DNA from: Bacilli bacterium | GTDB taxonomy: Bacteria > Bacillota_I > Bacilli_A > RFN20 > CAG-449 | Length of the DNA stretch: 64,000 nucleotides | Assembly: GCA_048359995.1 (NCBI GenBank) | Contig: DBGCPK010000005.1 | Coordinates: forward strand, 56,585 to 120,584 | Direction of reading: 5' to 3' | In this document: positions 9,192-20,100 of the stretch, piece by piece | Layout: the number at the start of each line of letters is the position of its first letter | Numbering within the stretch: the first letter of the stretch is position 1 | Made by a program: the position numbers and the translations under genes | Notes under the pieces: generated by a model | Database searches by the model: none | Seen by the model: the letters and a program-made list of their open reading frames with translations, nothing else | What the model was told of the DNA's origin: nothing

Positions 9192-11092
9192 GCTCAATCG
9201 ATAAATATGTTGAAGGTGAAGCCAGATCATACAATCCTAGAGTTAATGTTGTAAAAAGGGGTGGTATGATAAATGGTTATATCGGTGGCAATTTAGTTTT
9301 TTCAATCGCAGACCGATATGGATATTTAAGCGATTCCGAACGCAGTACGATTAGAAACTCAATTCACGAGTATGAGGCAGAAGAGCAAGAGCGTATAAGA
9401 AGAGAACAAATACGCATTGAAAATGAACGCGTCGCTGTGCGAAATGCGCTTAGAAGCTCTGTAGTAGCTACAAAAAATAAAATTAGAGAATCATACAGTA
9501 ACGCTCAACGGGTAAGTCAAGAAGTAGCATCTTCATTGAGCGTTAAGTCAGTTTTGGATTCATTTAAAAAATATAATATTTCTTCATACATAGAACGTGC
9601 ACAAATTTTGGATCGCAAATTAAAAAGTTGTGTAGAGAGATTAGATGGTGAATACAGAAAAAAAATGCAAGAAGTCGAGTCGCTTGAAAGAACAATACGT
9701 GAAGATTCGACGAGACAGACATATATTCAACAGCAGGATTCCTTAAAGAAAATACACGTAAATTTTACTAATGTTGAATTTCCTGTTTCGGAAATTGAGC
9801 AATTAAAGTTTGAAATTGAAAAACTCAGAGAAGCTATTTTGAAAATCGAAAACATCGAAAAAGAACTTAGCAACGTGGCCAATGATGGGCTCATAGGCTC
9901 AATTGCTGCATCAGCTCTTAAAGAGATTAGACAGTTCAATATTAGTTCATTGGATGATGTAAATAAACTCCTTATTAGTGTTCAGGAACATCTTGGTGAA
10001 ATTCGCAATTTGAAATTTCACCAACAAAGCAAGGAGAGAAGCGATCAAATTGCTTTGTTAAACGGTATATTAAAATCGTGCTCGCAATTGCACGAATATT
10101 TGATTAGCCAGCCCTATGAAGCTACAAATAATCGTAGCGAAATAGTTGAGACAGCTAATCGGGTCTTAGGTATTTATTCAGAACTTGATACAGCTACTTA
10201 TTCTACATGCAGCAAAGAAAAAATTAAAGATGCATATGAATTGGTTCAAGAGGTGTTGGTTGGCTCGGCATCTAATGCTCAAACTCTTGAGTATTTAAAA
10301 CGGTTGCTTGAAGAAGGATTTGTATTTAAGCGCGACGACCAGCTTCAAGCAGATAATTATGCGGACTATATAAAAAAATACAACGAAATGATTGAACGCG
10401 GCGTGTCGATCGAAGAAATTGAAGTTTTTGATCCAATTAATTATTCAGAGCAAAAAAAGCGTCTCAATGAAAAACTGCTTGGATTAGATGTTCAAGAGGG
10501 AATAAATAGAACGCGCACGTCCTTTATGATGGCTTGGAAAGTTATGGAGGATATGGGATATCGTCTTCTGTATCAAAATATGGGAAGCGAAGGCGCAGAC
10601 GCATTAGCTTGCGAAGGTTTATTTGTTAAACCCGGTTATGAGGGGGTTGTATGGCAAGTTGTTGCTTCAGATTGCAATATAACTCGAAAGATAATAGGCG
10701 TTGAAAGGACAAGCGGTTTATCTACTTCAATCCAAAGAGTTAGAGAAGTCGCAGAAATAACAGAGCGCGACGGTGAAGTACAGGAATTCTTTGAGCGATA
10801 TGCAGAAGAAGGCGGTGGTGAACTTCTAGTCACAACTGATGTATATACTGGTTCTCCGGAATGCGAGCAAGCTATTCAAAGCAATGGATGTTTCAAGCTG
10901 TCAGAAGAAGGCGAAAAATGTTTAGATAAATTAGTGGAAACCGATGATGAGAATGCTAAAAAGAAAGGGCGCTCTCGTCTTAGAGCAGGAGAAGGAACAC
11001 CAGTCCAAACTCACGGAGTATCTCATAGTGTGCGTGAACAAGAGTCGCTGAGCGCTAATTCTAGAATAGTTGCCCAAAGAGCTAAGAAGTAA
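9188..11092 (+). CDS. Hypothetical protein (634 aa), coiled-coil rich
   Basis: ATGA overlap. Long heptad-like E/K/R/L-rich stretches and no catalytic motif. Confidence 0.6.
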   Translation: MSSIDKYVEGEARSYNPRVNVVKRGGMINGYIGGNLVFSIADRYGYLSDSERSTIRNSIHEYEAEEQERIRREQIRIENERVAVRNALRSSVVATKNKIRESYSNAQRVSQEVASSLSVKSVLDSFKKYNISSYIERAQILDRKLKSCVERLDGEYRKKMQEVESLERTIREDSTRQTYIQQQDSLKKIHVNFTNVEFPVSEIEQLKFEIEKLREAILKIENIEKELSNVANDGLIGSIAASALKEIRQFNISSLDDVNKLLISVQEHLGEIRNLKFHQQSKERSDQIALLNGILKSCSQLHEYLISQPYEATNNRSEIVETANRVLGIYSELDTATYSTCSKEKIKDAYELVQEVLVGSASNAQTLEYLKRLLEEGFVFKRDDQLQADNYADYIKKYNEMIERGVSIEEIEVFDPINYSEQKKRLNEKLLGLDVQEGINRTRTSFMMAWKVMEDMGYRLLYQNMGSEGADALACEGLFVKPGYEGVVWQVVASDCNITRKIIGVERTSGLSTSIQRVREVAEITERDGEVQEFFERYAEEGGGELLVTTDVYTGSPECEQAIQSNGCFKLSEEGEKCLDKLVETDDENAKKKGRSRLRAGEGTPVQTHGVSHSVREQESLSANSRIVAQRAKK

Positions 11093-11685
11093 TGCAGATA
11101 GAAAGGGCTATGCTAGGGATAAGAACTTTAGGTCCCGGCAATAGATTTGTTATTTGGGTTAATGGTTGCTACCGTAAATGTGCTGGTTGCGTTTCAAAAC
11201 GCTTACAAGCTTTTAACCCTTTTAATGAGCAAGACGTTATTAAATATATATCGCAATTTAGCTTGAGTGAGATTGCCGGGGTAACTATATCTGGGGGAGA
11301 GCCTTTTGAACAGTATACAGATTTATGCAAAGCCGTTAAATACTTTAATCAACAAGGCATTGAGGACATCTTAATTTATACTGGTTATACTTTTGATGAG
11401 CTGAAAGATAAAAAAAACGCAGAGATTAATTACATTTTAGAACACATCGCTGTTTTAATTGATGGTCCGTATGTTCAAAAACTAGATAGTGGATATGGGA
11501 ATCTAAAGGGTAGCGATAATCAAAGAGTAATCATTTTAAACCCCAAAGTAAAACGGCTATATGTTGAGTATTATAGTCCGACTCGAACAATGCAAGAGTT
11601 TTATATCGGCAATATAGTTTTGGCAGCAGGTATTCCCGATGAAGATTATATTAAGAAATTTAGAAATGCAAAAGGAGATCAATGA
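11092..11685 (+). CDS. Radical SAM protein, NrdG-like (anaerobic RNR activase family) small activase
   Basis: DGPGNRFVIWVNGCYRKCAGCVS contains CxxxCxxC and closely parallels the NrdG motif GPG..SGCxHxCPGC. Also a GGEPF SAM-binding motif; 197 aa. Confidence 0.7.
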   Translation: MQIERAMLGIRTLGPGNRFVIWVNGCYRKCAGCVSKRLQAFNPFNEQDVIKYISQFSLSEIAGVTISGGEPFEQYTDLCKAVKYFNQQGIEDILIYTGYTFDELKDKKNAEINYILEHIAVLIDGPYVQKLDSGYGNLKGSDNQRVIILNPKVKRLYVEYYSPTRTMQEFYIGNIVLAAGIPDEDYIKKFRNAKGDQ

Positions 11686-13691
11686 TGGCAGACTCAACTT
11701 TATGTACCGCTGAATATTATTTTGAGTACAAAATTGAAAGAGTTTCTGGAGATGAAAAAGCGATAAAGACTCCTAAAATTTATTTTGAGAGAGATTACCG
11801 CACCTCAAATCTTCCATATACGATGTTTGCAGTTCCTGAAGAATGGTTAAATCAACAGGATCTTGTGAATAGTCTTAAGGGCGAAACAGATGCCGAGACA
11901 GTCAAAAAGATACTCTCAAAATTACCATATGACACGATAAACGTTGTGTTTGATATTAAAGGCATAGCCTGCGCACCTTTAGGCGATGTTAAAAGTATTG
12001 AATACGAAAAAGCAGAGATTCACTTGCCTGATCAAACATTTGAAAAGTTTTATCAAGCAGGTTGTCGTCTTACAATTGAAAACAATAATTCCGAAGATCA
12101 TTCAGGAATAGGTGTCATTGAGATGATTAAAAATAAAGTTACAGTAGCAAAATTTTTCTTTGCCGTCAACTTTACGTTCCGAAAAGATATATCTTATGAA
12201 TTAGAAGTTTCGGGTAAATCTGTAAACATTGAATTTAAATGTAAAGACCGTCCTACTGGTATAGAGGTCGTCATTGTATATAACAAGGATAGGCTTCCTT
12301 GTTTATGCAACGATATGGGCGTTAATATGGTAACGTCGCCGTTTACTTTGGATTTCTCCAAAGGTGAGACATTTCGCAAGACAATACCACTAACAGGTGA
12401 AGCTGCAGCGCAAGGGAATATTTTCTCTATTGCAATAAGAAATCGGCAAATGGCCAAGTATTACATTCTAAATTGCGAAAAGAATACATCTCTTCCGAAT
12501 CAAAGCGATAAAAAAATCAAATCGACTGTTAGCTATACATGTCCATTTTGTCATAAGAAGATAAATTATAGTATTTCAAAAAGCGCCAGATACAAAAAAG
12601 GTGGTACATCGTGTAGCTCAATTGAGGATGCAAAAAGCGGTAAGAAGATACCCACAATTTATAACAAACACAAGGCCAAAGTTAAAAAATGTCTGTTCTG
12701 TTCTGAAGATTTAATGGTAAAAGATAACTCTAGTTTTCAAGATTTAAGAAGACGATTGCTCCCGCTCTCATTCATGGAGCACGACAATTATAAAATTGCT
12801 TTTGCCGGTTCAACAAGAGCTGGTAAGACAACTTATATTTCCAGGTTCTTTGGTATCTCAGGTGACACAAGAATTAGTATGCCAATGACAATGGCTACAA
12901 ATAGCCTAAAACGTTTTGGAATCTATATTAAGTCTGCACCGATACTAGAAGTTAAAAGGGGTACTGAAGGTTATCAATTAACGGACACTAATTGGCCAGA
13001 TATTCAGAAAGAATACATAGAACGTTCAATAGACCTAAATGCAAAAAAATATCCTGAAAGAACTACGACTGGTGATTATACATCATATCCTTTTATTGCT
13101 GAAGTAAACGATAACGCTTATATTTCCTTTTATGATATTGCCGGTGAAGATGCACAGCATTCTATGCTTATTAAGAACATTGCAAATGGTGAACTTATAG
13201 GAATCTTTTGTTTAATTAACGGAAAAACAGATATCGGTGGCAATAGTGATGTTATTAATATGTTAAAGGGTGCAGCACAGAAAGATAAAGACAAGCGCGA
13301 TGATGTTGTAGTTGATAAAAGGTGCCCAATAGCAGTGGTAGTTACAAAAATGGATATGTTAGAGCCTGAATTTGATCCGAATTGTCAATGTTTAAGAAGT
13401 GACTATTTTGATGGCGGCACAATATATGAAGGCAGTGAAATTGAAAGAGTCATAAATATTTCAAGTGAAGAAATTAAGTCGTATTTAAAACAGCATGCAT
13501 TATTGCCGGAATTTGAAGGTTTATATGAGAACGTAAAATACTTCGGGGTTTCATCATTCAATTTTATGGACAGCATACATAATAAGTTGGAGGATATAAA
13601 TACGCCAGGAAAAGTTAAATTTGAATGTTCATCAAAACGAATGGAGCTTCCTTTCCTGTGGATGCTTAAACAATTTGGTGTAATTAGATAA
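11682..13691 (+). CDS. P-loop GTPase (TRAFAC class) with N-terminal domain containing a Cys4 zinc ribbon
   Basis: G1 AGSTRAGKTT, G3 DIAGED and G4 TKMD in the correct order and spacing. An upstream CPFCHKK...CLFCSED Zn-ribbon. Confidence 0.7.
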   Translation: MMADSTLCTAEYYFEYKIERVSGDEKAIKTPKIYFERDYRTSNLPYTMFAVPEEWLNQQDLVNSLKGETDAETVKKILSKLPYDTINVVFDIKGIACAPLGDVKSIEYEKAEIHLPDQTFEKFYQAGCRLTIENNNSEDHSGIGVIEMIKNKVTVAKFFFAVNFTFRKDISYELEVSGKSVNIEFKCKDRPTGIEVVIVYNKDRLPCLCNDMGVNMVTSPFTLDFSKGETFRKTIPLTGEAAAQGNIFSIAIRNRQMAKYYILNCEKNTSLPNQSDKKIKSTVSYTCPFCHKKINYSISKSARYKKGGTSCSSIEDAKSGKKIPTIYNKHKAKVKKCLFCSEDLMVKDNSSFQDLRRRLLPLSFMEHDNYKIAFAGSTRAGKTTYISRFFGISGDTRISMPMTMATNSLKRFGIYIKSAPILEVKRGTEGYQLTDTNWPDIQKEYIERSIDLNAKKYPERTTTGDYTSYPFIAEVNDNAYISFYDIAGEDAQHSMLIKNIANGELIGIFCLINGKTDIGGNSDVINMLKGAAQKDKDKRDDVVVDKRCPIAVVVTKMDMLEPEFDPNCQCLRSDYFDGGTIYEGSEIERVINISSEEIKSYLKQHALLPEFEGLYENVKYFGVSSFNFMDSIHNKLEDINTPGKVKFECSSKRMELPFLWMLKQFGVIR

Positions 13692-13703
13692 CGGGGGTAT
13701 TTT

Positions 13704-16184
13704 ATGATACAATATCTTTATTTTCATACTGGCAAAGAATATGTTTCAAAACTTAGTCTTGGAAGATCCGAGGAAGGCTACTCGGACAATGAAATGCTTT
13801 TTGAAACGGTTCGAAAATCCGTGGAAGGGAATACATTTACATATGCGCCTGTTGGTAGTGAAGATGCGATTTTTATGCAAGCTTCAAAAGGTCCGGATGG
13901 CTTATTTACAAAAGGCTTAAGGGGTAACATAGGCGCCATTTCGAATGCTCCGGCAAAATACATAGATAAGTTTGAGAAAAATCCGTTACCAACCTATTGC
14001 AATTCAGAAAAATTGCCTGAAGGGGAACTTCCACCTATAGGCAGACTTCAAGATGACTTCTCATTGGCAAGAGATTTGCATCATATTTTTCCCAAATTAG
14101 TTGATATTCTTCTTTTTGGAAACACAAGTAAAAACATAGTAATTTTGACTGAAACACCTTTGAAAGCTATGAACTATATTAAAGTTCTAAGTGTGCTTTT
14201 GCCATTATCTTTTATGAAGAAAATCGGCTTTTGCATCGGCGCAGCCAATATCCCTGATGAAGATTTTTCTATCATAAAAAATGATGGAAATACTGAGTCA
14301 TTATCTATACGTATTTGGCTTCCAGAATCAAGAAATTATATTTTTGAGTCTCTAGCATCATATTACTATGTATTTGATACTAGAGCGCAAGGTGAAAACT
14401 ATCGTGATAATTACAATCAAGAGCTTAGTACAACAGCTAAGGTTTTAGATGAAATAAATCTCTGCGACCAAAATCAAACAAAGAGGTTTTCTGACTATAT
14501 AGCAAGTGCATTTGATTCACATGGTAATTTGAATGCCGCAGTCTTAAAGAGAAACTCAGCATTGTTCATGTTTGAAGTCAAGCGGGATGTAGATTCTGCA
14601 AAGGAAATTTTGAATATGGGCTTCGATGGGGGCGATATACAAGAACATGCATTTACACGAGCAGCCTCAATATTATTACGCCAAGAAAATATTCAATATT
14701 TATCACTACAAAATAAAAATGCGATAGTATTGGGATATAAAAAGAACAATCGTATTGCTCAAGAACTTGAAAGCTCTTTATTTGACTATTTGTCAACCAC
14801 ATATGCATCACTCGTGCCCGATGAGAAAAAATTGTTTGCCGAAATGGTCTATAATGACGTATCTGGCAAACGGTTGAATTCCTATTTAAAAAAATCGCTA
14901 CGCGGTGATTTCCAAGCAAGAGTAGATGCATTTGATTTTTCAAGTAAAATTTTAGATGTCGCGTTAAAACAGTCAGGCAATAATCTATACTCGATTAAAG
15001 ATTTGGTTAAGACAGTAGTGGAATTCTTTGATATTGGTGATTGTTTTAGAATCATTCCACCTGGTCAAATGACATCAGGTGAAGCCTTCTTTAACTGCAT
15101 TCCACAGTATGAGAGGACTGAGTTACGGCAACTTATGACGGCCATATTACTTTCTTCTGCATACAAAAAATTGGTGCCGGAAGATCATTGTGAAATCAGA
15201 TTGAGAGGTTTTAAAAAGATATTGCCCAATATCGATGAGAAACATATAAATCAGTTTGAATTCATTTTGGGAGTAAGAAATAAAATTCTTGAAATATCGG
15301 AGTTAATACCTGAATTGGATATTGAAAATCAGTTTGATTTCTTATTTAATATTAAGTTCGGTGAATTTTTTGTTTCAGAATTTATACAGAGGCTATCCGT
15401 TGAAGAAGCGTTAGATGCAGAAAAGCTTGTAAAAAGTCGTACATCACAACGATTATTTTATGAGAGTATGTCTACTGCGATCAGAGCAAAATTATTGGAT
15501 ATTAAATTTGTCAAAAAACATATAAAAAGTGGAGCCGTCGCATCTGAACGATACATAGAATTTTTCAGAACATTACCCCAAGACAAAAAAAGTGAAGCCG
15601 CAGAGATTGATTCATATCTTTCCGAATTGAATCACGAGTTTGACATTAATGAAGAATTCGGCCATTATCGTTATGGTTTTGCTCAGGAATGTTATAATAC
15701 ACTTTCTGCTGATAACCAAAACGAAATTAAACAGAGTATAAGTCAACGAAAAGCAAAAGATACATCATTGGATGAGAGATTACTTTTTGTTGAAGAGATA
15801 ATACGCGTTTTTGGTACGATTAAAGGACATAAAAGAAAAGGAAGACTTTCATATTGCGGCATATTCTTATGGGCTTTTGGGTTTAGCCTATTGTCTATGC
15901 TAATCTTGAGTCTTCCTGCTATTATTTTTCCGGCAAGTTTGGGAACGTGCGATTCCGCACATATCTTGGAAAAGTTTATATATTACTTTAAACCGTATTT
16001 ATTGGCTTTGCCTGTTTATGTATTTTTGCTTGAACTGGTAATTTATTTTTGCTTTAAACAAGGCAACAGATTGAAAAGAGCAAACATTATTACAATTCTT
16101 TGTGGAATACTTCCGATAGTGATTTTTACATTATCCTGTGTTTTCTTCTATTACATTAGAATTGATTTACCTTTTAGTCTGTAA
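13704..16184 (+). CDS. Large hypothetical membrane protein (826 aa), soluble N-terminal region plus about four C-terminal TM helices
   Basis: C-terminal 150 aa consists of hydrophobic helices (GIFLWAFGFSLLSMLILSLPAIIF, YLLALPVYVFLLELVIYFCF, IITILCGILPIVIFTLSCVFFYYI). Confidence 0.6.
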   Translation: MIQYLYFHTGKEYVSKLSLGRSEEGYSDNEMLFETVRKSVEGNTFTYAPVGSEDAIFMQASKGPDGLFTKGLRGNIGAISNAPAKYIDKFEKNPLPTYCNSEKLPEGELPPIGRLQDDFSLARDLHHIFPKLVDILLFGNTSKNIVILTETPLKAMNYIKVLSVLLPLSFMKKIGFCIGAANIPDEDFSIIKNDGNTESLSIRIWLPESRNYIFESLASYYYVFDTRAQGENYRDNYNQELSTTAKVLDEINLCDQNQTKRFSDYIASAFDSHGNLNAAVLKRNSALFMFEVKRDVDSAKEILNMGFDGGDIQEHAFTRAASILLRQENIQYLSLQNKNAIVLGYKKNNRIAQELESSLFDYLSTTYASLVPDEKKLFAEMVYNDVSGKRLNSYLKKSLRGDFQARVDAFDFSSKILDVALKQSGNNLYSIKDLVKTVVEFFDIGDCFRIIPPGQMTSGEAFFNCIPQYERTELRQLMTAILLSSAYKKLVPEDHCEIRLRGFKKILPNIDEKHINQFEFILGVRNKILEISELIPELDIENQFDFLFNIKFGEFFVSEFIQRLSVEEALDAEKLVKSRTSQRLFYESMSTAIRAKLLDIKFVKKHIKSGAVASERYIEFFRTLPQDKKSEAAEIDSYLSELNHEFDINEEFGHYRYGFAQECYNTLSADNQNEIKQSISQRKAKDTSLDERLLFVEEIIRVFGTIKGHKRKGRLSYCGIFLWAFGFSLLSMLILSLPAIIFPASLGTCDSAHILEKFIYYFKPYLLALPVYVFLLELVIYFCFKQGNRLKRANIITILCGILPIVIFTLSCVFFYYIRIDLPFSL

Positions 16185-16201
16185 GAGGAGGGAATAGAGA
16201 A

Positions 16202-17155
16202 GTGGCTAGTAATAAAAAGAAAGATAAAGCAATAGGCGCCTTTTCAATTATCGCCATCATTCTATGTGTTTGCGCACTTTGCCTTGGCTTCATAAAAAGT
16301 CAGTCTGAAGATTTGTACTTCAATCTTGAAAAGGCAAAACAGGTTGAAATATCTAGTATCGAAGATATCATTGCATTAGGTGAAGCAATCTACAACGATG
16401 AGTGTGTTCTAACCAAAGATATTCATATTACTGAAAATGGTTTTAGAATCGGAACAACTAAAAGACCGTTTGCGGGAACATTTGACGGTAGAGGACATAC
16501 TATATATTTGGATTACAATTTCGCTAATCAAAATACATCATTATTTAGCTGTATTGAAGCTTCTGGAGTGATTAAGAACACTCGATTTGTATTTGGCAAT
16601 ATAGCGGTTGAGGGTAATACATTTGGTGGCATTGCGAAGATCAATTACGGAACAGTTCAAGATTGCAAGATTGAATGTGCAGATATCAAAATCGATAATA
16701 ACATAGGTATCTATTCACCTTGTGTGATAACCAACAATGGTACGATAGCAAATATAGTAGTGGATTGCTCTTTTTCTAATTCACAAATATATGACAATGA
16801 AGCATCGATATTATTTGGCGGCATATGTACATATAATTATGGAACTGTAAAAAATTGCATTGTTGCCCCGACATTCAATAACATTGTTTGCTCGGATGAA
16901 TTTAAGATTCTTGTGGGAGAAACAACTAATGTTGGAGTAAGTGCAATTTGTGCAGTAAACACGAGTGAGGCATCAACTACTAACTCGGTGGCAATTCTAC
17001 AAACCGGTGTATATACTTCAGACAAGAATAGTGGATTAAAAATCGCTAGCGATTATAGTAGTATTACCAATGAGGACACGATTTTCTTTGATTTGGATTT
17101 CAATAATCGTGTTTGGGAAATTCAAAACAATAAACTAGTTCTTATAGAGGGTTAA
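16202..17155 (+). CDS. Membrane-anchored surface protein with parallel beta-helix-like repeats
   Basis: GTG start preceded by GAGGAGGG. N-terminal signal-anchor helix. GTFDGRGHTIYLDY-type repeat motif, followed by N/G/T-rich beta-strand repeats. Confidence 0.55.
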   Translation: MASNKKKDKAIGAFSIIAIILCVCALCLGFIKSQSEDLYFNLEKAKQVEISSIEDIIALGEAIYNDECVLTKDIHITENGFRIGTTKRPFAGTFDGRGHTIYLDYNFANQNTSLFSCIEASGVIKNTRFVFGNIAVEGNTFGGIAKINYGTVQDCKIECADIKIDNNIGIYSPCVITNNGTIANIVVDCSFSNSQIYDNEASILFGGICTYNYGTVKNCIVAPTFNNIVCSDEFKILVGETTNVGVSAICAVNTSEASTTNSVAILQTGVYTSDKNSGLKIASDYSSITNEDTIFFDLDFNNRVWEIQNNKLVLIEG

Positions 17156-17159
17156 GAAT

Positions 17160-20100
17160 ATGAACGACAAAATTACTGCAAAGAATGGAATAATTAAGAT
17201 ACTTTCAATTATCGTTGTTGCGATATTAGCAATTGCGGTAACTGTTATTGGCATCTTATTGCTCAATAAAGATTCAAACACTGAAAATGCAAGCTATAGC
17301 ATCATTGTCGATGATGAAATTACAATATATGAGGGAGATACATTTACTTTAGTTCCATATTTGGTAAACAAGGATGGAACGGTAGTTGAATCTCGCTTTG
17401 ATTATTCGGCATCTGATAAGGCTATATCTGTTAATGTTGACGGTGTGATTTCCGTAAACTCAATTCCCGAAAATGATGTCCACGTATCAATTTATGAGCG
17501 CAACACGTCTACAACTGCTGAAGTAAACGTTAATATCGTCGGTAGACTCACTAAAGTCTTGGGCATTACTTTCAGCGATTTAGCTGGAAATAAGATGTTG
17601 GTGTCGGGCACACAGAATTTAAAATTAGGTGAAACTTATATCATTGACGTAGTGACTGAACCACGTAATGTCGAAATTGAGAATTATTGTCTTTTGCAGG
17701 CTCTGAATTCGAGCGGTACTGAAAAGAATGTATTTGAATTTGCATACACCAAAACTAATGTTAGTATGACGGCAGTTGGTCTTGGATCTGGAACATTGCT
17801 GCTCGATATAACAAATGACGATAATCAGTCCATATACGATACTGATTTCGATTTTTCCGTCTCGATGTCTGATGAGAATCTTAGCGAAGAGATACTGAAT
17901 AGTACTAATACAACTTTATTATCAAAAGAAGAGCTTAACAAAATTGAAAAAGTTGAGTTGAGTCAAAATGTTTCAAATTTAGATGGTTTACAAAATTTAA
18001 CATCATTAAAAACGGTTGTATTTACAGCTGATGAGGTAATGAATATTGAGAATATCTCTCAGAACTATTGTTACAGAATTAAAACAAATTTGTTTGAGAA
18101 TTATCTAGATGCGAATAATTGGGCAGATTATTTAAAATGTATAATTCCTTATGAAGAAAGTGCTGATGAACTTTTTATTGTATATCATAATGCAAAGACT
18201 GCAACAGGAGAGGAAAATGTTGTATATGAAAGGTTAGAGAATATTGCAAATTTTCCTACTTATATTTTTGAGGGATATACGAATTTTGGATGGTTAGATG
18301 GAACCGAAACAGAGGTATCTTTATCTCAAGTTAAGGCTTCCGTAAAGAGTAATGGCATACATTTATATGCCGGTTGGAATCCTATATCATATAAAGTTGT
18401 TTATCACATTAGAGATTCTGAGGTCGCTAACAAAGAAGAGATCTTTTATTACGATACAGAATATTTACTTAAAGTGCCTAACGAGATTGATAGTTCAATA
18501 ACTCATACTGGATATAAATTTGCTGGTTGGACACGTAATAGAAATTCAAATACTTTCTCACCTAATGTGCAATTTAGGAATGGCGACGCTATCTCTAATT
18601 TAACTAGCGAAGCTGATGCTATTATAGATTTGTATGATATTTGGGAGCCAATAGAATATACGGTTATTTTTTCATCTGTCGAAGGGATGGAAGAGATTGC
18701 AGACCTTACAGCAAAATATAATACAGCATATACGTTACCGACACCATCTAGACCCGGTTATGCATTTAATTATTGGAAGCTTAATAACGGAGATATATTG
18801 AATGCAGGGATACAAGATCCTAACCTTGATTCCGAATTAAATTTATCAAGTATTGAAGGCGCAGAAATAATTCTTACTCCAGATTTCACTGAAATAACCT
18901 ATACAATAACATTTAGGCTAAATGGAGGTCAAGCCCTTCAGGATCTGTCATTTGTAGATGGATACAGAAAGACATTGTATTATGAGGAAGAATATACTTT
19001 ACCCTATTTAACTAAAGAAGGGTATACGAGATATTACTGGCTTTGTGCTGAAAATGGTAAACAATATAAACTAGATGAGAATAACAAAGGACCAAAACTT
19101 TTACAAGAATTTACTACAGCATGCGAGGTAACATTCTCTGCGGTTTGGACGTCAGCAGAATACAGTATTAATTATGATTGCAATGGTGGTAATATTGCCG
19201 GAGATAGTTATGTGACAGATACAAGATTTTGGGACGATGGTGGTTCCTTGTTAACGCCTCAAAGAATAGGATATACTTTCGTAAAATGGCAAGATATTGA
19301 TCATGAAGATATTAGCTATGTTCCCGAAGATGCCGGATGGACAAGCAACTTAATTAAGTCTGCGCAAGAGGATGGTGCCGAATTCAATTTTAAAGCCGTA
19401 TGGCAAATAAATTACTACGATCTCACTATATCAACTGGTGCGGGAACTAGCTTATCTGTTAAAGTAAACGATCAAACTAAACTTGACGGTACGTATAGTG
19501 TCGCATATAATAGCACAATTACTGTTAGTTATAGTGCAAATACAGGGTATAGTAATGCCGAATGCACTTTCCCTGGCGGTAATATGCCTGCTAATAATCT
19601 AACAATAAAGTCTAGTGCTACAATCAATAAACATAATGTAACAATCATTATTGGCAGTGGCTCATATATGACTGTAAACATAGGCGGGACATCATATTCG
19701 AACAACCAAACAGTTAAAAATGTAGCTTATGGAACTTCAATTTCTGTTTCAAACTATGGTGCTACTAACGGTTATCATGACGGTTGGGCTTCATGCGATT
19801 ATAGCACGATGCCGGATTATGATATTACAGTTAGCTCTGGAGCTACACCAGATTCATGTTTTACAAAGGGAACAATGTTAATGCTAGGAGATGGGACTTC
19901 AGTTGCCGTTGAAAATCTCAGAATCAACGATATAATTTTAGCATTTGATCATTCCACGGGACAGTATGTTGAAAGTCGAATACTTTATACTTATTATGGC
20001 TACGATTATGTACCGTCAATTGAACTATATTTCTCCAATAAAGCAGTTCTCGAATTCTTAAATGTAGGACATGGTCTTTTTGATGCTACGATGAATGAAT

